From a virus: a stretch of DNA of 64,000 bases. This document shows, in pieces, positions 57,523 through 64,000 of the stretch. The position numbers were made by a program, and so were the translations under genes. The notes below the pieces were generated by a model. The model was not told the DNA's origin and did not search any database. It was given only the letters and a program-made list of their open reading frames with translations. The stretch lies in the IMG/VR virus record IMGVR_UViG_3300021961_000023. The stretch is one strand, 5' to 3'. The first letter of the stretch is position 1. Each line of letters starts with the position of its first letter.

Positions 57523-58529
57523 TGGACTTTCTTAAAGATATTGTAAAGGAAATCGGTGATGAGTATGCAGAACTGGCTTCAAACATAGACGAGACTGAAA
57601 CTTATGTTGATACGGGTTCATACATTTTTAATGCACTGGTCTCAGGTAGTGTATTTGGTGGTGTATCTGGGAATAAGATTACTGCTATTGCTGGAGAGTC
57701 TTCTACTGGAAAGACTTTTTTCTCTCTCGCCGTTGTTAAGAACTTTCTTGATTCTAATCCCGATGGTTACTGTCTCTACTTTGACACTGAGGCTGCTGTT
57801 ACTCGATCCCTTTTAGAATCAAGAGGCATCGATACAAGCAGATTAGTTATTGTTAAAGTTGTAACAATTGAAGAGTTTAGAGGCAAAGCCCTTAAAGCAG
57901 TTGATATATACCTTAAGGCACCTGTAGATGAACGCAAACCTTGCATGTTTGTGCTAGATTCCTTGGGTATGCTTTCGACTGATAAAGAGATCACTGACAC
58001 ATTGAATGATAAACAAGTTCGTGATATGACCAAATCACAACTTGTCAAAGGTGCATTCCGAATGCTAACTTTGAAACTAGGTCAAGCAAATATTCCAATG
58101 ATTGTTACCAATCACACTTATGACGTTATCGGATCTTACGTACCAACTAAAGAAATGGGTGGAGGCAGCGGACTTAAGTACGCAGCGTCTACAATCATAT
58201 ATCTCAGCAAAAAGAAAGAAAAGGATGGAACGGAAGTGGTCGGCAATATTATCAAAGCTAAGACTGCTAAATCGCGTTTGAGTAAGGAGAACAAAAATGT
58301 TGAGGTCCGTTTGTATTATGATGAGCGCGGTCTTGATCGTTACTATGGTCTTTTGGAACTTGGTGAGATTGGTGGACTCTGGAAAAATGTAGCAGGTCGT
58401 TACGAAATTGATGGTAAAAAAGTATATGCTAAACAGATTCTAAAAGAACCTGACGTATACTTCACTGAAGAAGTAATGAAACAACTCGACGACATTGCAC
58501 GAAAGGAATTTAGTTATGGAGAAAATTGA
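57522..58529 (+). CDS. uvsX: RecA-like recombinase UvsX
   Basis: GESSTGKT, FDTE, LDSLG, MGGGSGLKYAAS. Confidence 0.96.
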   Translation: MDFLKDIVKEIGDEYAELASNIDETETYVDTGSYIFNALVSGSVFGGVSGNKITAIAGESSTGKTFFSLAVVKNFLDSNPDGYCLYFDTEAAVTRSLLESRGIDTSRLVIVKVVTIEEFRGKALKAVDIYLKAPVDERKPCMFVLDSLGMLSTDKEITDTLNDKQVRDMTKSQLVKGAFRMLTLKLGQANIPMIVTNHTYDVIGSYVPTKEMGGGSGLKYAASTIIYLSKKKEKDGTEVVGNIIKAKTAKSRLSKENKNVEVRLYYDERGLDRYYGLLELGEIGGLWKNVAGRYEIDGKKVYAKQILKEPDVYFTEEVMKQLDDIARKEFSYGEN

Positions 58530-59895
58530 GTTTCTAGTTCTCAGAAACCTTTTATATAATGAAGAATACTTAAGAAAAGTTATCCCTTTTATTAAAAAAG
58601 AATACTTTGAAAATACTAATCAAAGAATTGTATTTGAGGAAATTAGTTCGTTTGTTGAAGAATACAATGAACTTCCAACAAAAGAAGTTCTAAGCATTGA
58701 AGTGGAAAAGCGTAAAGATATTAACGAACAATCATATAAAGACATTCTGTATTTGATATCATCTCTAGATGATGTAGTAGCAGAGTTTGATTGGGTGGTT
58801 AACACCACAGAAAAGTGGTGTAGGGATCGTGCTATCTACTTGGCATTGATGGATTCTATCCAGATTGCCGATGGACAAGATGCAAAACGAAACCGTGATG
58901 CTATTCCAAACATTCTTTCTGATGCTCTTGCTGTAAGTTTTGACAATCATGTAGGACACGATTATCTTCAGGACTATGAGCAACGTTTCGCGTTATATCA
59001 CAGAAAAGAGGAAAAAATCCCATTCGATCTTGACTTCTTTAACAAGATTACAAAGGGTGGTTTGTCTAATAAGACTCTCAACATCGCTCTTGCTGGTACG
59101 GGTGTCGGAAAATCTTTATTCATGTGCCATTTTGCTAGTTCCATCTTACTGCAAGGAAAAAACGTTCTCTATATCACACTTGAAATGGCAGAGGAACGAA
59201 TTGCAGAAAGAATTGATGCCAACCTTCTCAATACCAATATTCAGGAGATTACGGAACTACCAAAAGTAATGTTTGAGAATAAGATTATTGGACTCTCAAA
59301 GAAAACTCAAGGCACACTTATAATTAAGGAATATCCAACGGCATCTGCACATGCTGGACATTTTAAGTCACTTCTTAATGAACTTGCACTTAAGAAGTCA
59401 TTTAAGCCTGATATTATCTTCATTGATTATCTCAATATTTGTGCTTCCTCTCGGTATCGCGGAAATAGCAATATCAACTCTTATACTTTCGTCAAAGCAA
59501 TCGCAGAAGAACTTAGAGGATTGGCAGTCGAATTCAATGTTCCCATCGTTTCTGCTACCCAAACCACTCGTTCAGGTTATGGTAGCTCTGATGTTGAACT
59601 TACTGATACTTCTGAATCCTTCGGTCTCCCTGCTACTGCCGATCTTATGTTTGCTCTTATTAGTACGGAAGATCTGGAACAGTTGGGACAGATTATGGTA
59701 AAACAGTTGAAGAATCGATATAATGATCCAACCATTAACAAACGATTTGTGATTGGTATTGATCGTGCAAAGATGAGACTTTATGACTGTGAACAATCTG
59801 CTCAAAGTGACATACTTGACTCTGGATCTGAGGACGATTATAATGACGAAGAATCGTCCTCAATGAAAAATAAGTTTGGAGGATTTAAGTTTTAA
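58516..59895 (+). CDS. gp41: Replicative helicase gp41
   Basis: AGTGVGKS, TLEMAEE, IDYLNIC, SATQTTR, KQLKNRY. Confidence 0.97.
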   Translation: MEKIEFLVLRNLLYNEEYLRKVIPFIKKEYFENTNQRIVFEEISSFVEEYNELPTKEVLSIEVEKRKDINEQSYKDILYLISSLDDVVAEFDWVVNTTEKWCRDRAIYLALMDSIQIADGQDAKRNRDAIPNILSDALAVSFDNHVGHDYLQDYEQRFALYHRKEEKIPFDLDFFNKITKGGLSNKTLNIALAGTGVGKSLFMCHFASSILLQGKNVLYITLEMAEERIAERIDANLLNTNIQEITELPKVMFENKIIGLSKKTQGTLIIKEYPTASAHAGHFKSLLNELALKKSFKPDIIFIDYLNICASSRYRGNSNINSYTFVKAIAEELRGLAVEFNVPIVSATQTTRSGYGSSDVELTDTSESFGLPATADLMFALISTEDLEQLGQIMVKQLKNRYNDPTINKRFVIGIDRAKMRLYDCEQSAQSDILDSGSEDDYNDEESSSMKNKFGGFKF

Positions 59896-60368
59896 TGACC
59901 ATTTCGATTACCAAAAAAACACTAGAAAACGGATACACTGAATATACTATGACTGAAACTCCAAAGCATGTTAATTTTACTAAGTATGCAGAGTTTGTAG
60001 ATGAAGTCACTTCTGACGCATCGAAAGACTTTCTTGCTCTCTCTGATCGTCTAGTTGAGTTGGATGAGAAAGGTGCAAATATTGAACGTCTCTTGACTGC
60101 TGCTGTTGGTATTAATGCCGAAGGCGGTGAGTTTATGGAGATTGTAAAAAAGATGGTCTTCCAAGGCAAACCCTATAATGAAGACAATCGTGAGCACCTG
60201 ATTATTGAACTTGGTGATATCATGTGGTATGTTGCACAAGCATGTATTGCACTTAATGTTTCTATTGACGATGTTGTTGCTCGTAACGTAACCAAACTTC
60301 TTAAGCGTTACCCTGAGGGCGCATTTGATGTTTATTTTTCTGAAAATCGTGCGGAGGATGACCGATGA
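59895..60368 (+). CDS. mazG: MazG-like NTP pyrophosphohydrolase (start may be 59949)
   Basis: AEGGEFMEIVKK, ELGDIMWY, N..KL.KRYP. Confidence 0.9.
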   Translation: MTISITKKTLENGYTEYTMTETPKHVNFTKYAEFVDEVTSDASKDFLALSDRLVELDEKGANIERLLTAAVGINAEGGEFMEIVKKMVFQGKPYNEDNREHLIIELGDIMWYVAQACIALNVSIDDVVARNVTKLLKRYPEGAFDVYFSENRAEDDR

Positions 60369-60541
60369 GTAAAGTTACATTAAAAATGGATGTTCGGGCC
60401 GCCGCTGCCGTTCGTCAAGTTCTTTTTGATAGTCAAAAGGGATACACCACAGATTCTGTATCTGTTCCTGAAAGAATCGTAGAAATTCGTGAAGTTATTT
60501 CTCAACTTGATAAAGGTATTGAAGGGATTGTAAATGGATAA
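60365..60541 (+). CDS. 58-aa hypothetical protein (not in ORF track)
   Basis: MSKVTLKMDVRAAAAVRQVLF...; ATGA overlap with mazG and GGAGG SD. Confidence 0.7.
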   Translation: MSKVTLKMDVRAAAAVRQVLFDSQKGYTTDSVSVPERIVEIREVISQLDKGIEGIVNG

Positions 60542-60746
60542 ACCTATTACTCTTGATGAGTACAAAGAAGTAGCAGAAGAGTTCTTTCCTAAGTATGATT
60601 TTGTTGCATCTCGTCTACCTAATGAAACTAAGACCGAAGACATTCTAAAAGTTATGGAATCTCTTGCTGGTCTTGTTATGAAAAAACGAGCAGAAAAGAA
60701 GAAAGTATCTTTGGGATTTAATAAGGAGAAAGATGGAGGAGACTGA
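60534..60746 (+). CDS. Hypothetical protein
   Basis: Overlapping operon packing. Confidence 0.7.
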   Translation: MDKPITLDEYKEVAEEFFPKYDFVASRLPNETKTEDILKVMESLAGLVMKKRAEKKKVSLGFNKEKDGGD

Positions 60747-60951
60747 GTACGAGTGGATTGATGATTGCTTTCGTGTTTATGAAACTCAATATAAACTGTG
60801 GCATAGTGTGACAAAAGAAGGACAAGAACTTATCACTGCTTTGCATAAAGAATCTTGTATCACTGCGACTCGATTTTATTTGAAAGGGATACAAGAAGGG
60901 TGGACAGAAAAATCTTCTAGGTATGAAGGAACAGTGGGAGGAAAACTTTAA
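60733..60951 (+). CDS. Hypothetical protein
   Basis: AAGGAG SD; C-terminal YEGTVGGKL. Confidence 0.7.
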   Translation: MEETEYEWIDDCFRVYETQYKLWHSVTKEGQELITALHKESCITATRFYLKGIQEGWTEKSSRYEGTVGGKL

Positions 60952-60991
60952 TATTCTAAATATACATAGAAGATATTAAAGTTTTAATCTA

Positions 60992-61807
60992 ATGGACTCT
61001 AGAGATTTGCGTGCCCTATCAGAAGCATACGCGAGTGTGTATTCTTCACAAGTTCAAGAAGATGTAGATCAACTTGATGAGATTTCATATGATCTAGCTC
61101 TTCGTGCTTCTAAAGCAGCAGATATTAAGCGTGGGAAACTTGCTCATGCTGGTGATAATGAAGGTGCTTCACAAAAAGCAGCACAAGCAAAACGTCTTTA
61201 TCAAGCTCAGGCCAAGAAGAGATTGAATAGAGAAGAAGTTGATGTATTTGACGCTGTTCTTGAGTTCCTTTGTGTAGAAGGATACGCAGAAACTCTGGAA
61301 GAAGCAGAGTGGATGATGGCGAATGTGATTGATGAGGAAGCGATTGATATTATTCTTGGTGAAGCAATCACTAGCGAAAAAGGTAAAGCAAAAGCAGCAG
61401 AAATGATTGCTAAGCGCACTACTGCTTCTGGTAAAGCAAAATCAGGAGAGGGTGATACTGTTGCTCAGATCAAACATATTAGTCGTTCTAGTAGAGAAGG
61501 TCTTAGTGGAACTCCTGCTACTCGTTCTACTTCTGGTTCAAACCGTCCAAAATCATATTCTGGAATGAGTGGGACTGGGAACAAGGCAGCAAGAAGAGCG
61601 GGTTTAACACCAACCAGAGAAAAACCAAATGCTTGGAAAGAAGAATATGTAGATGAAGCACAAGCAGCAAGAGAAAATCCAGAGAAGTATGAAAGAGAGC
61701 AGGCAAAGAAATCTGCTCCTGTTCGTGGAGAAAGAACTCCTATGCCACCAAGAGGTGATAAGCGTAGAGAGGACTTTGAAAAGTGGTATCGTGCTAATGT
61801 TCGCTGA
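60992..61807 (+). CDS. Putative internal head protein
   Basis: Late promoter at 60957; LSEAY N-terminus; alternating acidic and basic modules. Confidence 0.65.
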   Translation: MDSRDLRALSEAYASVYSSQVQEDVDQLDEISYDLALRASKAADIKRGKLAHAGDNEGASQKAAQAKRLYQAQAKKRLNREEVDVFDAVLEFLCVEGYAETLEEAEWMMANVIDEEAIDIILGEAITSEKGKAKAAEMIAKRTTASGKAKSGEGDTVAQIKHISRSSREGLSGTPATRSTSGSNRPKSYSGMSGTGNKAARRAGLTPTREKPNAWKEEYVDEAQAARENPEKYEREQAKKSAPVRGERTPMPPRGDKRREDFEKWYRANVR

Positions 61808-61830
61808 TAAATAAATCGGAAGGTTGCTCT

Positions 61831-61866
61831 GACCCTCTTGACTTCTAGTTGAGAGGGTCTTATAAT
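61831..61866 (+). promoter_or_regulatory. Hairpin-embedded sigma70 promoter for the tRNA
   Basis: TTGACT(61838)-N17-TATAAT(61861) inside/after a GACCCTC..GAGGGTC inverted repeat. Confidence 0.75.
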
Positions 61867-61875
61867 ATCTTTATT

Positions 61876-61949
61876 GGGGGATTAGCTCAGTTGGTAGTAG
61901 CGCATCCTTTGCAAGGATGAAGTCATCGGTTCGAGTCCGATATCTTCCA
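61876..61949 (+). tRNA. tRNA-Ala(UGC), no encoded CCA
   Basis: Acceptor GGGGGAT/ATCTTCC with G3:U70, anticodon arm CATCC-TTTGCAA-GGATG, T arm ATCGG-TTCGAGT-CCGAT, discriminator A. Confidence 0.92.
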
Positions 61950-61982
61950 CTTCTAAATACTTGAAAGAGTATTAGTATATAA

Positions 61983-63080
61983 ATGGCAGACAATTTACCA
62001 TACTTATCTGGTGGAGAGCAAACGACGATTAACTCCACTATAACGGAACTGTTTCCAGCTCTTGCATTTAATTCTGGTGCTCATCCAAGAACTGCAAGTG
62101 AATTGGAAGAGTTTGTCAAAGGATTGGATTTAAACCAAAATGGTGCAAAAAAATCTTTTGTGAATGATAGTAATATAGAATCTGCTAAAGAGTATATCAC
62201 TAAGATGGCGAGGATTAGACCATCTATGAAAAATACTAAACTTGAAAATGCTGTTGGTATTCTTAATTGGATATATGATTATCATCATCAACGAGAGATA
62301 GAGAAAGTTGTTTGGGGATATAGAGAAAAACCTCAAGGAGTTCCTACTAATCATGCTGGGGATATATTTTTAATTTTCAAAGATAAAACAGTTCACCCAA
62401 AAATTTTGGGTATTAGTTTAAAAGCAGGAACGGCATCTTCTAAAGAACCTAAATTAAACTCTTATGTTGCAACTACATTAAGAAAACCCGCTTGGAAAAG
62501 TGCATATCCAAGAGCTGTAGAAGAACTAAAGGAAGAACTATGGGATAAAGTTTATTCCAAAATTCCGAACCTACCAAAAACTGTTAATAAAACAAATTAT
62601 TTGGTATTAAGTACTTCAAGGCAAACACCTAATAAAATACTTCAAGAAAAAATGTTGGATTTGTTTAAATATGATAATGTTATTTTTGAGGCATTATATG
62701 TGAGAATGAATACTATTTGTAGAAATAAATTAATCTCTATGATTAACGGTAATGTTAATGCGACAAAAGGATGGATAGAAGAAGAGTTTAGACTTGAAAA
62801 GAAAGATGTAGAAGTTCCTATGGTTCTTGTTAAAGCCATTGGAAGCACTGCAGAATCTCATGCAACAGATCCTTTAAAAGAATTTTTGCCAGCAGTAACT
62901 TCTGTTAATGCGTATTTAAAACCTGGATCTGTTCAAGAGTGGTTTATTGATTTAAAGGGCGATAATAGTAAAAAAATGACTTTAACTATGACAATTAGAA
63001 GTGATTCTGAATATAGAGAGGCAAAACAAAAAGGAAAACTTGGGGCATTTATGATGCTTAAGTTACTCTATCGTGGTTAA
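61983..63080 (+). CDS. Putative PD-(D/E)xK restriction-endonuclease-like protein
   Basis: AGDIFL...ILGISLK motif; late promoter at 61954. Confidence 0.5.
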   Translation: MADNLPYLSGGEQTTINSTITELFPALAFNSGAHPRTASELEEFVKGLDLNQNGAKKSFVNDSNIESAKEYITKMARIRPSMKNTKLENAVGILNWIYDYHHQREIEKVVWGYREKPQGVPTNHAGDIFLIFKDKTVHPKILGISLKAGTASSKEPKLNSYVATTLRKPAWKSAYPRAVEELKEELWDKVYSKIPNLPKTVNKTNYLVLSTSRQTPNKILQEKMLDLFKYDNVIFEALYVRMNTICRNKLISMINGNVNATKGWIEEEFRLEKKDVEVPMVLVKAIGSTAESHATDPLKEFLPAVTSVNAYLKPGSVQEWFIDLKGDNSKKMTLTMTIRSDSEYREAKQKGKLGAFMMLKLLYRG

Positions 63081-63106
63081 TAAATATAAGTATATCAACA
63101 CATAAC

Positions 63107-64000
63107 ATGAAGAGTTTTACACGATTCTTATCTGAAGCATCTACTGCTGTTGTTCAAGCAACTCGCCTTGGATTAAAAGGTGACGGTCATGGTGGATGGT
63201 ACGATAAAAAAGGTGAGTTTGTCGCAAAGACAGAAAAGGGTAGATTGAAGTTTTATAATAAGAATGAGCGTCCTGGAAAGGATGGTCCTCAGGGAGCATC
63301 TGCTCCTGCTCCTGCTCCAGAACCAGCACCACAAGCGTCCTCTCAAGCACAGCAGGAACCTCAGGAAGGGGAGTTTGGAACGTTCCCAGATGGCACTCCT
63401 CGTCGAATGCCACCACCAGTAAACGCAGACGGATCTCCAAAGGAGGATCGTGGTGAAGTTACTTTAACTTTTGGTAGATTTAACTTCCCAACAACTGGAC
63501 ATGAGAAACTCTTCAATCAAGCAAAGAAAGTTGCTGGCAAGGGAGATCTTCGTATCTATCCATCCCGTTCTGTAGATCCGAAAAAGAATCCTCTTGATCC
63601 TGATGAAAAGGTTGAAATCATGCATCAGATGTTCCCTGATTATTCAAGGAACATTGTGAATGATCCTAATGTAAAAACTATTTTTGATGCACTTAAGCAA
63701 GCACATGAAGATGGATATACAAAGGTAAAGATTGTTGTTGGTGGAGACAGAGTAAACGAGTTTGAAAAAATGTCTTCTTCATATAATGGAAAGTTATACG
63801 ATTTCTCTAACTTAGAAACTGCGTCAGCAGGGGAAAGAGATCCTGATGCTGAAGGATTAGAGGGAATGTCTGCTTCTAAAATGAGGAAAGCAGCTGCTGA
63901 AAACGATTTTGAAACTTTCCGTTCAGGAGTTCCTCAACATATTGATGATAAAACCGCGAAGATGTTTATGAATACTCTTCGTAAAAAAATGAAAGTTACT
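63107..64000 (+). CDS. Cytidylyltransferase-like (HxGH superfamily) nucleotidyltransferase, 3'-truncated (not in ORF track)
   Basis: Hand translation MKSFTRFLSEA...TFGRFNFPTTGHEKL...VVGGDR...GMSASKMR; open to the window end; late promoter at 63081. Confidence 0.85.
   Translation, partial: MKSFTRFLSEASTAVVQATRLGLKGDGHGGWYDKKGEFVAKTEKGRLKFYNKNERPGKDGPQGASAPAPAPEPAPQASSQAQQEPQEGEFGTFPDGTPRRMPPPVNADGSPKEDRGEVTLTFGRFNFPTTGHEKLFNQAKKVAGKGDLRIYPSRSVDPKKNPLDPDEKVEIMHQMFPDYSRNIVNDPNVKTIFDALKQAHEDGYTKVKIVVGGDRVNEFEKMSSSYNGKLYDFSNLETASAGERDPDAEGLEGMSASKMRKAAAENDFETFRSGVPQHIDDKTAKMFMNTLRKKMKVT

Noticed and set aside
341-63440. Numerous short alternative-frame and minus-strand ORFs in the track
   Set aside because: All lie within well-supported + strand genes and lack motifs or independent expression signals
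1-64000. CRISPR arrays, introns/inteins in gp17, gp43, gp41 or gp20, integrase or IS elements
   Set aside because: No spaced direct repeats seen; core genes have normal lengths and uninterrupted frames

Overview
This is a 64-kb segment of a T4-like cyanophage (Kyanoviridae-type myovirus, AT-rich), with all credible genes on the + strand. The window starts inside the giant baseplate wedge gene (gp7-like). It continues through gp8, a VrlC-like structural gene split into two ORFs, gp13-gp16, and an inserted fibre/internal-protein cluster. Next come gp17-gp23, gp3, uvsY, uvsW, gp55, gp47/46, a vWA-metallopeptidase plus CobS-like AAA pair, gp45, gp44, a NUMOD4-HNH gene, dam, gp62, regA, hsp20, gp43, uvsX, gp41 and mazG. 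It ends with tRNA-Ala(UGC), a restriction-endonuclease-like gene and a truncated nucleotidyltransferase. T4-type late promoters (TAAATA) precede most structural genes, and sigma70-type promoters precede replication genes. Strongest leads: (1) a candidate head-packaged, gp21-protease-processed polyprotein/peptide cargo system whose members carry T4 capsid-targeting-like N-termini; (2) a pervasive G-[IVL]-[GASTV]-[TS] micro-motif in exterior virion proteins (candidate modification sequon); (3) a ROSE-like RNA thermometer on phage hsp20; (4) late-promoter/hairpin/early-promoter composite elements and a bidirectional promoter firing antisense toward uvsW; (5) strong AATT avoidance that two genes lack. 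Product calls come from recognised motifs and synteny only; no database searches were run.
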